Shown here one piece after another: positions 1 to 9,370 of a DNA stretch of 38,884 nt. The stretch lies in the IMG/VR virus record IMGVR_UViG_2728369182_000009; one strand, given 5' to 3'. Origin of the DNA: a virus (lineage: Duplodnaviria > Heunggongvirae > Uroviricota > Caudoviricetes). The notes under the pieces were generated by a model. The model was not told where the DNA came from. It did not search any database and saw nothing but the letters and a program-made list of their open reading frames with translations. A program made the position numbers and the translations under genes. Position 1 is the stretch's first letter; each line of letters starts with the position of its first letter.

Positions 1-192
1 TCAGGAGCATTTCTGATTAACGCCACCGTTAAGAATCCACCCTTCAACAGCTTCACGAAGGTATGATTTGGGGTGGGTTCTGACTGGCTTCGGAAATCCG
101 TGCCGTTTGGTATAGTTCCAGATTGTCTGACGTGATGAAACACCGAGCTTGTTCATCACTTCTTTCTCAGGAATCAGGCTGGTATCGGTCAT
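1..192 (-). CDS. Excisionase-like small DNA-binding protein (Xis/AlpA-type); 3' end runs off the window
   Basis: 63 codons in window, ATG at 190-192; small basic protein at the distal end of the leftward early operon, where lambdoid xis sits. Family assignment by position and composition only. Confidence 0.45.
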   Translation of the reverse strand: MTDTSLIPEKEVMNKLGVSSRQTIWNYTKRHGFPKPVRTHPKSYLREAVEGWILNGGVNQKCS

Positions 193-207
193 CTTAATTC
201 TCCAGGC

Positions 208-233
208 AAAAAGAAACCGCCATCAGGCGGCTT
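208..233 (-). terminator. Rho-independent terminator-like hairpin upstream of xis
   Basis: Minus strand reads GCCGCC-TGAT-GGCGG followed by TTTCTTTTT (stem 217-221/226-230). Confidence 0.4.
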
Positions 234-390
234 GGTGTTCTTTCATTTCTTTAATTCGAATATTGGTTACGTCTGCATGTGCTATCTGCGCCCATATCAT
301 CCAGTGGTTATAGCAGTCGTTGATGTCCTCTGCTTCGATAACCCTGTCGAATGGCTCTCCATTCCATTCACCTGTGACTCGGAAGTGCAT
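223..390 (-). CDS. Hypothetical small protein (55 aa)
   Basis: ATG at 388-390 preceded by GGAGA; translation MHFRVTGEWNGEPFDRVIEAEDINDCYNHWMIWAQIAHADVTNIRIKEMKEHQAA; stop overlaps the terminator stem. Below the 60-aa cutoff of the ORF track. Confidence 0.3.
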   Translation of the reverse strand: MHFRVTGEWNGEPFDRVIEAEDINDCYNHWMIWAQIAHADVTNIRIKEMKEHQAA

Positions 391-462
391 TTATCATCTC
401 CATAAAACAAAACTCGCCGTAGCGAGTTCAGATAAAAGAAATCCCCGCGAGTTCGAGGATTG

Positions 463-747
463 TTATTCATTGCCGATATTCACCTTTATCGCGAACACCT
501 TTACCGGTTTATCGCCGAAGTGCGGATGTGTGATTGTCTTGATTTCATATCCGTCATACGGAACATCAATTCTACGGCTGGAATCGTCGCGCTTCGGATA
601 TCCCTTTGTGATAATCAGGCGGTCATACTCCCGGAACATAATTCGCTTATTCCAGTAGTCATTACACAGGCGATACTCTTCCGTTTTCTCTCCGCGAATC
701 ATGGCATCGAAGTATTCACCTTTGACGGCAAGTTGCAGGTTAGCCAC
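463..747 (-). CDS. ASCH/DUF3850-like (PUA-fold) phage protein, 94 aa
   Basis: Track ORF 463-786 trimmed to the GTG at 745-747, which sits 6 nt after a perfect AGGAGG and overlaps the upstream stop by 8 nt; motif GEYFDAMIRGEKTEEYR recalls ASCH-like domains. Confidence 0.5.
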   Translation of the reverse strand: MANLQLAVKGEYFDAMIRGEKTEEYRLCNDYWNKRIMFREYDRLIITKGYPKRDDSSRRIDVPYDGYEIKTITHPHFGDKPVKVFAIKVNIGNE

Positions 748-1567
748 GGTTAACCTCCTGCGGCGGTTCTGCTGCAAAATACGCAATACCTTTATCCCAG
801 ATGGATTTTATGGTCGTCCACGTGACTGGTACTTTAATTTCAATCCGCCCGCTACCGTCACAGGTATCGCAATCATCATCGCCAAAGCATTCCGGGCAGC
901 TGATAAACGTAGTTTCTGAAAATTCACCGGATAGCGCACCCTTAGCGCCGTTCTCGGCTGTTAGTCTCTTCGGCACCACGACCCAACCATCCGGAGTTCC
1001 CGGAGAGTTGCCATTTACATCGAAGTTTGGCTCTGCGTCCTGAACCAGGAGGATGTAACCATTCTTGGCTGTATCAAGTTCTAACGCCTCGGTGACGGTG
1101 CCGAAATAGCGATTACCTAAATCAGCATCACAAGTGCTTACATCAATGGAAACTTCCATCCCTTCGATTAATTCTGGCAAGTTGTAAGTTTGGCTTACAG
1201 GTTGGATACCCTGAAGCATGGCAGCGTGGCAGGCATCCTCTACGCCTTTAACTGCATCTGCACAGTAGTTATAGCGATTGCATTCCACTAACTTCTGCTT
1301 GAGATTTTCAATTGCTTGCGCGACATCAGCCTGCAATTCCCGAACTGGCGGAGTAGCATATAACGGCACCCACTTTGGTGCTTTATCCCCGACCGAACGC
1401 TGATACCAGTCACCCGGTTTGTATTCATAAAACTCACCAACAGGCTCTGCTTCCAGCGATGCCAGCGCAATTTCATAAGCACGGCGCTCAATATTGTCTC
1501 GCACGTCCAGGCTGCCGATTCGCTCCCTGATTTCTTTAATTAGTTCTTTGTCGGTGAAAGTAGTCAT
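740..1567 (-). CDS. Hypothetical phage protein (275 aa) with C-terminal CxxCxGxG-type zinc-finger-like motif
   Basis: Long ORF packed tightly in the operon; C-terminal CPECFGDDDCDTCDGSGRIE resembles DnaJ CR-type zinc fingers. Confidence 0.6.
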   Translation of the reverse strand: MTTFTDKELIKEIRERIGSLDVRDNIERRAYEIALASLEAEPVGEFYEYKPGDWYQRSVGDKAPKWVPLYATPPVRELQADVAQAIENLKQKLVECNRYNYCADAVKGVEDACHAAMLQGIQPVSQTYNLPELIEGMEVSIDVSTCDADLGNRYFGTVTEALELDTAKNGYILLVQDAEPNFDVNGNSPGTPDGWVVVPKRLTAENGAKGALSGEFSETTFISCPECFGDDDCDTCDGSGRIEIKVPVTWTTIKSIWDKGIAYFAAEPPQEVNRG

Positions 1568-1570
1568 GTG

Positions 1571-1858
1571 TTAGTCCTCATCCACTTCAACGCCATCTTT
1601 CAGCGTGATGCCGTGCCAATCATCAGCCCAACTGGTTAGCCCTGGCGCATCAATGCTAGGCATATAGACGCTTGCAGTGTGGTAGCCCTTATCGTTATCA
1701 ATGCTGGCAACGTGCTCGCCGTTGTATGCGCTCAGCGTGTCCAGGACGCTATAAAACTTTCCTCCGGCTGCCCTGAAATCCTTTACAGCCTTCACAAGGC
1801 GATTCCACGCTTTTTCCTGTTCTGGCGTCAGGTCGATTAATTCCTGCAAAGTTGCCAT
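1571..1858 (-). CDS. Hypothetical phage protein (95 aa)
   Basis: Start moved to the internal ATG (MATLQELIDL...) preceded by AAGGAGAG; the track ORF begins at an upstream TTG. Confidence 0.5.
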   Translation of the reverse strand: MATLQELIDLTPEQEKAWNRLVKAVKDFRAAGGKFYSVLDTLSAYNGEHVASIDNDKGYHTASVYMPSIDAPGLTSWADDWHGITLKDGVEVDED

Positions 1859-1938
1859 ATCACTCTCCTTTGATGCGAATGCCAGCGGCGCGGATTGCGG
1901 GATTGTATGCAAGTCCTCTCATGGTAAATTCCTCTTTG

Positions 1939-2253
1939 TTAATTTATTCGTATGCCTGCTCTTTCTTCATCGAGTTTTTTTAGCTTGTATCGCATAGCTC
2001 TTACTGAATAAATTGAGCGGCAGGTTGCAATTGCTATTTCTTCTGCGGAGAACTTACCGAAAAGTGATACTTCGGCTCTTGTCCAGCGTCTTCCACGAAG
2101 TCGGCTAACAATGTCAGCTCCAATCCTTGTTGCTTTCGCCATTACTGCTTTTTCAGTCCTTTCCAGTTTTTCAGCGATAACTTCAACTGGCATTGTCGCC
2201 GCCACTTCGCGCAAGAAATCGACTTCCCATTTCTCCCATGGAGTCTTTTTCAT
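1939..2253 (-). CDS. Hypothetical protein (104 aa) with an internal ~35-aa tandem repeat (W-x3-EV-x-FL...EEIA...RS...AV)
   Basis: ORF in operon; two similar helix-rich halves suggest a duplicated DNA-binding-like module. Confidence 0.5.
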   Translation of the reverse strand: MKKTPWEKWEVDFLREVAATMPVEVIAEKLERTEKAVMAKATRIGADIVSRLRGRRWTRAEVSLFGKFSAEEIAIATCRSIYSVRAMRYKLKKLDEERAGIRIN

Positions 2254-2264
2254 AGGCGATACCG

Positions 2265-2753
2265 TTATTTGATAAGAAGTGAAGGTTTCCCAACTTTGAG
2301 TTGAGCGCCGGGGATATTTATTCCTGCTTTTAGTTGGTGTTTGATTGCCAGTTTGTCGGCTTTAATTGTCGTTTCGAACTCAACGTATTCAGGAGGAAGG
2401 GCGCTTGAGTCGATGATTTCTACAGTTTCTGACGGTTTGCGGATTGTTACCTGGTGAATACCTGCTCGAATCTTTTTCTTGCCAACCATTTCAAGCGATG
2501 ACGCTATATACGCCATAATGCTGTCAATCTTATTTTGAATTACTGCGGCTCGCTCATTTAGTGACTTTGCCTCTTCCTTGAGGCGTTCAGCATAACCAGA
2601 TTCATTTTTAATAATGGCGAGAAGTTGCTCTATTTTATCGGTAAATTCTCCTTCCATGCCTTCTATTGTGTCAGCAATCATCTCTGGCTCTAAATCTGAA
2701 TCCATCAATTTTGCGTATTCATTGGCTATTTCATACAGTTTGCTCACTGGCAA
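2265..2753 (-). CDS. Phage protein downstream of RecT, possibly Gp157-like (tentative)
   Basis: 162-aa ORF overlapping the recT 3' end by 23 nt; coiled-coil-rich; family call is weak recall. Confidence 0.5.
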   Translation of the reverse strand: MPVSKLYEIANEYAKLMDSDLEPEMIADTIEGMEGEFTDKIEQLLAIIKNESGYAERLKEEAKSLNERAAVIQNKIDSIMAYIASSLEMVGKKKIRAGIHQVTIRKPSETVEIIDSSALPPEYVEFETTIKADKLAIKHQLKAGINIPGAQLKVGKPSLLIK

Positions 2754-3633
2754 CCTCCAGTTTCGCTTTGCATTCTATGTAAATGGCTTGTACGTTCTGC
2801 TGCAATTTCATTCCAGATGTCAGGCGATATGCTTCTGCAAAATATCGCTTCAAATCATCCATGTTTTCTGCCTGAGCCATTTCATCACAAAGAAGTTGTG
2901 CTTTTTCCATTATTTCCTGCTGGCGTTTCCGTTCATCTTCGCGGATATCTTCCTCTGATTTGTGCGGCATAACTGGTTCCTGATGCATACCTTCATCTTC
3001 GTTAAGCAGGTGAATGGCATTATCCAGTCGCTGGGCTTTAGGCCAGTATTTGCTGGCGCGTTTAACTATGGTTTTACGCGCCATCTCTTCCCAGAATGTC
3101 TTCCACGGTCCATTCTTTGCCTTGCTCGTTGCTTCCACAGCTTTAATTTCTGCCAGACTCATTTCTTCAGTGAGGTAGTCACCATCTGCTGTTTTAACCG
3201 TACAATAACCACCAACAATAGAGCCTCGTTCACCAAATGCGTTGTATTTGTGGGTTGGTGCTGAATCAAGGCCGTTTGATTCATAGGTGTCGTTTGAGTA
3301 CACCAGTTTGCATTGCCCCCACTTAATTGATCCTGTCGACTGTGCAAGGTGAAGTAATCCCATATAGCTGATATCAAGGCAAACCATGCCGTCGCGCGGA
3401 ACTAGATAAGCAAGTTTGCTGGCCGGGTTTAAGGTGATGCCGATCGCCGCAACATTGATGATGGCGTTCTGTGCGCTGGTTGGATTTGCCAGTGCCGTTT
3501 TAGCCAGGTAATCATTTTTCTGGAAATACTGAATTGCAAACTGGCTTTCCTTAGCCCATGTCACCGTCTGTTCAGTCAATGCTCCGCAGAATAACTGCTC
3601 TTGCTGTTTAACGAATTCAACGATATTGCTCAT
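2731..3633 (-). CDS. recT: RecT-family single-strand annealing recombinase
   Basis: 300 aa; motif NGPWKTFWEEMARKTIVKRASKYWP matches the RecT signature recalled from Rac RecT (NGPWVTHWEEMAKKTAIRRLFKYLP). Confidence 0.85.
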   Translation of the reverse strand: MSNIVEFVKQQEQLFCGALTEQTVTWAKESQFAIQYFQKNDYLAKTALANPTSAQNAIINVAAIGITLNPASKLAYLVPRDGMVCLDISYMGLLHLAQSTGSIKWGQCKLVYSNDTYESNGLDSAPTHKYNAFGERGSIVGGYCTVKTADGDYLTEEMSLAEIKAVEATSKAKNGPWKTFWEEMARKTIVKRASKYWPKAQRLDNAIHLLNEDEGMHQEPVMPHKSEEDIREDERKRQQEIMEKAQLLCDEMAQAENMDDLKRYFAEAYRLTSGMKLQQNVQAIYIECKAKLEVASEQTV

Positions 3634-3941
3634 GCTGCTTCTCCAAAAATGTGTCTGCGTTTGAATATTGCGAAGGCATATTCAGCCTTAACTCTTTCGG
3701 TTATTGCATCCCAGAACCATTCAGCGGCTTTTTCCTGATAGTTACAGTCATCATCTTCCAGCCAGTCGATAGCGTCCTTAGTGTGTTCATCTGGTTTATA
3801 TGAGCGAAGCATTTCGCTTATTGGGTCGCAACGTTTGCAGAGGCGATCAACTTCACTGTTTATTCGTTCGTAATCTTCATCAGTAAAACTTGCGATTATT
3901 TGCGATATTTCACGCTTATCATTCAGAGTCAGAATCATCAT
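3630..3941 (-). CDS. Acidic hypothetical protein (103 aa) in the slot upstream of recT
   Basis: ATGATG start at 3936-3941 with AGGAG RBS; stop overlaps recT start (ATGA); D/E-rich. Confidence 0.6.
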   Translation of the reverse strand: MMILTLNDKREISQIIASFTDEDYERINSEVDRLCKRCDPISEMLRSYKPDEHTKDAIDWLEDDDCNYQEKAAEWFWDAITERVKAEYAFAIFKRRHIFGEAA

Positions 3942-4022
3942 CTTTCTCCTGTTCTTTGTGCTGATTGAGCATTTTGTTCATCTGACGAATGAATTCTTCG
4001 TCTGACCAGTTATCTGTAAAAC

Positions 4023-4175
4023 TCATTTCCTGCGATACCACGGAAGGTTGATAGCTGATTTCATCGCTTTATTTGCTTCAAGCCACATTTTTGAATCACC
4101 AATAAATCGGGCTATTACTGCTTTGTTCTGTGCAGCACGAAGCATCTGGTGATTGATGGCTATTTCATTGCGCAT
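4023..4175 (-). CDS. kil: Kil-like host-killing small protein (50 aa)
   Basis: Translated by hand: MRNEIAINHQMLRAAQNKAVIARFIGDSKMWLEANKAMKSAINLPWYRRK; the I-A-x-F-I-G-D-x-K-M core resembles lambda Kil; GGAG RBS; directly downstream of the cIII-like gene as in lambda. Confidence 0.5.
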   Translation of the reverse strand: MRNEIAINHQMLRAAQNKAVIARFIGDSKMWLEANKAMKSAINLPWYRRK

Positions 4176-4294
4176 AACGCCTCCAGTTGTTTCTTTGCTG
4201 CTCTGATTAATTGTTTAACTCGGCGTGATAATTCAGATTCGTGCGGGTAGAAAGCGGACATGACGCCGCTTCCCGCATAGCTGAGTTGCATCAT
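4160..4294 (-). CDS. cIII: cIII-like protease inhibitor small protein (44 aa)
   Basis: MMQLSYAGSGVMSAFYPHESELSRRVKQLIRAAKKQLEALCAMK; the P-x-E-S-x-L-x-R central helix resembles lambda cIII (PSESLLERITRKL). Confidence 0.45.
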   Translation of the reverse strand: MMQLSYAGSGVMSAFYPHESELSRRVKQLIRAAKKQLEALCAMK

Positions 4295-4392
4295 GGGGAA
4301 GTTCCTTGGTTAGTTGTGATTACATTACGATTGAACACTTGAATAAATGCTAACTAAGATGCGGTAATTAAAAGTCGTTTATTCGGTGGCTC

Positions 4393-4653
4393 TTAGTTTT
4401 TTACATAATTCATGCAATAGGTAGGACTGCAATCTCTCCAGGTGTTTTTATGCTGCATGCGTTGCGATGGCGGATAATAAGCTACTGTTCCATTCGGAGT
4501 TCTGAATATCAGAGTGTTATTTCCTTCCTCAAACTCAACTTCATTGCGCCTAAAGAAAGCCGATATTCTTTCGAAAGCCGAGTCGCGAGCCTTTCGGCGT
4601 CGTTCTTTAAGTTCTGGTTTCCAGTCTCGCCAAAATTCACCCATGTCACCCAT
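4393..4653 (-). CDS. Hypothetical protein in the lambda ea10 position (86 aa)
   Basis: Track ORF trimmed to the ATG at 4651-4653 preceded by GGAG. Confidence 0.5.
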   Translation of the reverse strand: MGDMGEFWRDWKPELKERRRKARDSAFERISAFFRRNEVEFEEGNNTLIFRTPNGTVAYYPPSQRMQHKNTWRDCSPTYCMNYVKN

Positions 4654-4828
4654 AAAACACTCCGTCAAAAAAATCGCCCTCACACTGGAGGGCAAAGAAG
4701 ATTTCCAATAATCAGAACAAGTCGGCTCCTGTTTAGTTACGAGCGACATTGCTCCGTGTATTCACTCGTTGGATGAATACACAGTGCAGTGTTTATTCTG
4801 TTATTTATGCCAAAAATAAAGGTCACTA

Positions 4829-5029
4829 TCAGGCAGCTTTGTTGTTCTGTTTACCAAGTTCTCTGGCAATCATTGCCGTCGTTCGTATTGCCCATTTATC
4901 GACATATTTCCCATCTTCCATTACAGGAAACATTTCTTCAGGCTTAACCATGTATTCCGATTGCAGCTTGCATCCATTGCATCGCTTGAATTGTCCACAC
5001 CATTGATTTTTATCAATAGTCGTAGTCAT
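4829..5029 (-). CDS. ral: Ral restriction-alleviation protein
   Basis: 66 aa MTTTIDKNQWCGQFKRCNGCKLQSE...; recognised as lambda Ral. Confidence 0.85.
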   Translation of the reverse strand: MTTTIDKNQWCGQFKRCNGCKLQSEYMVKPEEMFPVMEDGKYVDKWAIRTTAMIARELGKQNNKAA

Positions 5030-5223
5030 ACGGATAGTCCTGGTATTGTTCCATCACATCCTGAGGATGCTCTTCGAACTCTTCAAATTCTTCTTCCATA
5101 TATCACCTTAAATAGTGGATAGCGGTAGTAAAGATTGTGCCTGTCTTTTAACCACATCAGGCTCGGTGGTTCTCGTGTACCCCTACAGCGAGAAATCGGA
5201 TAAACTATTACAACCCCTACAGT

Positions 5224-5778
5224 TTGATGAGTATAGAAATGGATCCACTCGTTATTCTCGGACGAGTGTTCAGTAATGAACCTCTGGAGAGAACCATGTA
5301 TATGATCGTTATCTGGGTTGGACTTCTGCTTTTAAGCCCAGATAACTGGCCTGAATATGTTAATGAGAGAATCGGTATTCCTCATGTGTGGCATGTTTTC
5401 GTCTTTGCTCTTGCATTTTCGCTAGCAATTAATGTGCATCGATTATCAGCTATTGCCAGCGCCAGATATAAGCGATTTAAGCTAAGAAAACGCATTAAGA
5501 TGCAAAACGATAAAGTGCGATCAGTAATTCAAAACCTTACAGAAGAGCAATCTATGGTTTTGTGCGCAGCCCTTAATGAAGGCAGGAAGTATGTGGTTAC
5601 ATCAAAACAATTCCCATACATTAGTGAGTTGATTGAGCTTGGTGTGTTGAACAAAACTTTTTCCCGATGGAACGGGAAGCATATATTATTCCCTATTGAG
5701 GATATTTACTGGACTGAATTAGTTGCCAGCTATGATCCATATAATATTGAGATAAAGCCAAGGCCAATATCTAAGTAA
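5224..5778 (+). CDS. sieB: SieB superinfection exclusion protein
   Basis: 184-codon ORF on the strand opposite the pL operon, ending one base before the N stop, same length and placement as lambda sieB; hydrophobic N-terminus. The first ATG is at 5227; 5224 is an in-frame TTG. Confidence 0.8.
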   Translation: MMSIEMDPLVILGRVFSNEPLERTMYMIVIWVGLLLLSPDNWPEYVNERIGIPHVWHVFVFALAFSLAINVHRLSAIASARYKRFKLRKRIKMQNDKVRSVIQNLTEEQSMVLCAALNEGRKYVVTSKQFPYISELIELGVLNKTFSRWNGKHILFPIEDIYWTELVASYDPYNIEIKPRPISK

Positions 5779-6102
5779 CTAAGTAAGAGGAATCGATTTT
5801 CCCTTAATTTTCTGGCGTCCACTGCATGTTATGCCGCGTTCGCCAGGCTTGCTGTACCATGTGCGCTGATTCTTGCGCTCAATACGTTGCAGGTTGCTTT
5901 CAATCTGTTTGTGGTATTCAGCCAGCACTGTAAGGTCTATCGGATTTAGTGCGCTTTCTACTCGTGATTTCGGTTTGCGATTCAGCGAGAGAATAGGGCG
6001 GTTAACTGGTTTTGCGCTTACCCCAACCAACAGGGGATTTGCTGCTTTCCATTGAGCCTGTTTCTCTGCGCGACGTTCGCGGCGGCGTGCTTGTGCATCC
6101 AT
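5779..6102 (-). CDS. N: Antitermination protein N
   Basis: 107 aa MDAQARRRERRAEKQAQWKAANPLL... with arginine-rich motif; ATG at 6100-6102 after AGGAG. Confidence 0.95.
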   Translation of the reverse strand: MDAQARRRERRAEKQAQWKAANPLLVGVSAKPVNRPILSLNRKPKSRVESALNPIDLTVLAEYHKQIESNLQRIERKNQRTWYSKPGERGITCSGRQKIKGKSIPLT

Positions 6103-6122
6103 CTGGATTCTCCTGTCAGTTA

Positions 6123-6195
6123 GCTTTGAGTAACGCGCCGTGATGCTTATCTCCACGGTTGCTGTCTTGCAGCTGCATTTCGCGCTACTCAAAGC
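6123..6195 (-). promoter_or_regulatory. Long-range stem in the N leader (15-bp arms 6123-6137 and 6181-6195), candidate RNase III-type processing hairpin
   Basis: RNA arms GCUUUGAGUAGCGCG / CGCGUUACUCAAAGC pair with a single G-U; lies between nutL and the N RBS. Confidence 0.35.
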
Positions 6196-6212
6196 CTTCT
6201 GCTTTGAATGCT

Positions 6213-6243
6213 GCCCTTCTTCAGGGCTAAATTTTTAAGAGCC
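6213..6243 (-). promoter_or_regulatory. nutL (boxB 6213-6227, boxA 6235-6243)
   Basis: Minus strand reads GGCTCTTAAAAATTTAGCCCTGAAGAAGGGC, the lambda nutL boxA-boxB arrangement. Confidence 0.85.
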
Positions 6244-6283
6244 TCACCTTCAATGGTGGTCAGTGCGTCCTGCTGATGTGCTC

Positions 6284-6346
6284 AGTATCACCGCCAGTGG
6301 TATTTATGTCAACACCGCCAGAGATAATTTATCACCGCAGATGGTT
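6284..6346 (-). promoter_or_regulatory. pL promoter with operators OL1 (6286-6302), OL2 (6310-6326), OL3 (6330-6346)
   Basis: TATCACCGCCAGTGGTA, CAACACCGCCAGAGATA, TATCACCGCAGATGGTT; -35 TTGACA (6307-6312) and -10 GATACT (6284-6289) on the minus strand. Confidence 0.9.
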
Positions 6347-6519
6347 ATCTGTATGTTTTTTATATGAATTTATTTTTTGCAGGGGGGCATTGTTTGGTAG
6401 GTGAGAGATCTGAATTGCTATGTTTAGTGAGTTGTATCTATTTATTTTTCAATAAATACAATTGGTTATGTGTTTTGGGGGCGATCGTGAGGCAAAGAAA
6501 ACCCGGCGCTGAGGCCGGG

Positions 6520-6954
6520 TTATTCTTGTTCTCTGGTCAAATTATATAGTTGGAAAACAAGGATGCATATATGAATGAACGATGCAGAGGCAATGCCGAT
6601 GGCGATAGTGGGTATCATGTAGCCGCTTATGCTGGAAAGAAGCAATAACCCGCAGAAAAACAAAGCTCCAAGCTCAACAAAACTAAGGGCATAGACAATA
6701 ACTACCGATGTCATATACCCATACTCTCTAATCTTGGCCAGTCGGCGCGTTCTGCTTCCGATTAGAAACGTCAAGGCAGCAATCAGGATTGCAATCATGG
6801 TTCCTGCATATGATGACAATGTCGCCCCAAGACCATCTCTATGAGCTGAAAAAGAAACACCAGGAATGTAGTGGCGGAAAAGGAGATAGCAAATGCTTAC
6901 GATAACGTAAGGAATTATTACTATGTAAACACCAGGCATGATTCTGTTCCGCAT
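6520..6954 (-). CDS. rexB: RexB exclusion protein (membrane ion channel)
   Basis: 144 aa, multi-TM, recognised as lambda RexB. Confidence 0.95.
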   Translation of the reverse strand: MRNRIMPGVYIVIIPYVIVSICYLLFRHYIPGVSFSAHRDGLGATLSSYAGTMIAILIAALTFLIGSRTRRLAKIREYGYMTSVVIVYALSFVELGALFFCGLLLLSSISGYMIPTIAIGIASASFIHICILVFQLYNLTREQE

Positions 6955-6969
6955 AATTACTCCTGATAA

Positions 6970-7809
6970 TTAATCCTTAACTTTGCCCACCTGCCTTTTA
7001 AAACATTCCAGTATATCACTTTTCATTCTTGCGTAGCAATATGCCATCTCTTCAGCTATCTCAGCATTGGTGACCTTGTTCAGAGGCGCTGAGAGATGGC
7101 CTTTTTCTGATAGATAATGTTCTGTTAAAATATCTCCGGCCTCATCTTTTGCCCGCAGGCTAATGTCTGAAAATTGAGGTGACGGGTTAAAAATAATATC
7201 CTTGGCAACCTTTTTTATATCCCTTTTAAATTTTGGCTTAATGACTATATCCAATGAGTCAAAAAGCTCCCCTTCAATATCTGTTGCCCCTAAGACCTTT
7301 AATATATCGCCAAATACAGGTAGCTTGGCTTCTACCTTCACCGTTGTTCGGCCGATGAAATGCATATGCATAACATCGTCTTTGGTGGTTCCCCTCATCA
7401 GTGGCTCTATCTGAACGCGCTCTCCACTGCTTAATGACATTCCTTTCCCGATTAAAAAATCTGTCAGATCGGATGTGGTCGGCCCGAAAACAGTTCTGGC
7501 AAAACCAATGGTGTCGCCTTCAACAAACAAAAAAGATGGGAATCCCAATGATTCGTCATCTGCGAGGCTGTTCTTAATATCTTCAACTGAAGCTTTAGAG
7601 CGATTTATCTTCTGAACCAGACTCTTGTCATTTGTTTTGGTAAAGAGAAAAGTTTTTCCATCGATTTTATGAATATACAAATAATTGGAGCCAACCTGCA
7701 GGTGATGATTATCAGCCAGCAGAGAATTAAGGAAAACAGACAGGTTTATTGAGCGCTTATCTTTCCCTTTATTTTTGCTGCGGTAAGTCGCATAAAAACC
7801 ATTCTTCAT
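6970..7809 (-). CDS. rexA: RexA exclusion protein
   Basis: 279 aa MKNGFYATYRSKNKGKDKRSINLSVFLNSLLADNHHLQ...; recognised as lambda RexA. Confidence 0.95.
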   Translation of the reverse strand: MKNGFYATYRSKNKGKDKRSINLSVFLNSLLADNHHLQVGSNYLYIHKIDGKTFLFTKTNDKSLVQKINRSKASVEDIKNSLADDESLGFPSFLFVEGDTIGFARTVFGPTTSDLTDFLIGKGMSLSSGERVQIEPLMRGTTKDDVMHMHFIGRTTVKVEAKLPVFGDILKVLGATDIEGELFDSLDIVIKPKFKRDIKKVAKDIIFNPSPQFSDISLRAKDEAGDILTEHYLSEKGHLSAPLNKVTNAEIAEEMAYCYARMKSDILECFKRQVGKVKD

Positions 7810-7921
7810 AATTCAATCCATTTACTATGTTATGTTCTGAGGGGAGTGAAAATTCCCCTAATTCGATGAAGATTCTTGCTCAATTGTTATCAGCTATGCG
7901 CCGACCAGAACACCTTGCCGA

Positions 7922-8638
<717 letters not shown>

Positions 8639-8645
8639 TTAAATC

Positions 8646-8711
8646 TATCACCGCAAGGGATAAATATCTAACACCGTGCGTGTTGACTATTTTACCTCTG
8701 GCGGTGATAAT
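8646..8711. promoter_or_regulatory. Right operator OR3 (8646-8662), OR2 (8669-8685), OR1 (8693-8709) with pRM/pR
   Basis: TATCACCGCAAGGGATA, TAACACCGTGCGTGTTG, TACCTCTGGCGGTGATA; pR -35 TTGACT 8683-8688 and -10 GATAAT 8706-8711. Confidence 0.9.
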
Positions 8712-8726
8712 GGTTGCATGTACTAA

Positions 8727-8936
<210 letters not shown>

Positions 8937-8943
8937 ATAACCC

Positions 8944-8975
8944 CGCTCTTACACATTCCAGCCCTGAAAAAGGGC
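8944..8975 (+). promoter_or_regulatory. nutR (boxA 8944-8952, boxB 8961-8975)
   Basis: CGCTCTTACACATTCCAGCCCTGAAAAAGGGC. Confidence 0.85.
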
Positions 8976-9044
8976 ATCAAATTAAACCACACCTATGGTG
9001 TATGCATTTATTTGCATACATTCAATCAATTGTTATCTAAGGAA

Positions 9045-9077
9045 ATACTTACATATGGTTCGTGCAAACAAACGCAA
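9045..9077 (-). promoter_or_regulatory. pRE-like cII-dependent promoter (TTGC-N6-TTGC)
   Basis: Minus strand TTGCGTTTGTTTGCAC (9062-9077) with AAGTAT -10 (9045-9050), inside the cII 5' end as in lambda. Confidence 0.55.
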
Positions 9078-9348
9078 CGAGGCTCTACGAATCGAGAGTG
9101 CGTTGCTTAACAAAATCGCAATGCTTGGAACTGAGAAGACAGCGGAAGCTGTGGGCGTTGATAAGTCGCAGATCAGCAGGTGGAAGAGGGACTGGATTCC
9201 AAAGTTCTCAATGCTGCTTGCTGTTCTTGAATGGGGGGTCGTTGACGACGACATGGCTCGATTGGCGCGACAAGTTGCTGCGATTCTCACCAATAAAAAA
9301 CGCCCGGCGGCAACCGAGCGTTCTGATCAAATACAAATGGAATTTTAA
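9055..9348 (+). CDS. cII: cII transcriptional activator
   Basis: 97 aa MVRANKRNEALRIESALLNKIAMLGTEKTAEAVGVDKSQISRWKRDWIPKF...; start at the internal ATG of the track ORF. Confidence 0.95.
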   Translation: MVRANKRNEALRIESALLNKIAMLGTEKTAEAVGVDKSQISRWKRDWIPKFSMLLAVLEWGVVDDDMARLARQVAAILTNKKRPAATERSDQIQMEF

Positions 9349-9359
9349 CAACATCCAAC
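9294..9359 (-). ncRNA. oop-like antisense RNA (terminator hairpin 9294-9320, TATAAT -10 at 9366-9371)
   Basis: Minus strand CGCTCGGTTGCCGCCGGGCGTTTTTTATT at the cII 3' end matches the lambda oop terminator; a TATAAT lies on the minus strand just upstream, over the next gene's start codon. Confidence 0.4.
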
Positions 9360-9370
9360 GAGGTAATTAT

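Noticed and set aside
3919..4026. 35-aa acidic mini-ORF (MSFTDNWSDEEFIRQMNKMLNQHKEQEKDDDSDSE) overlapping the kil stop and the start of the 103-aa gene
   Set aside because: It overlaps both neighbours in different frames and has no clear RBS; cannot be supported without expression data.
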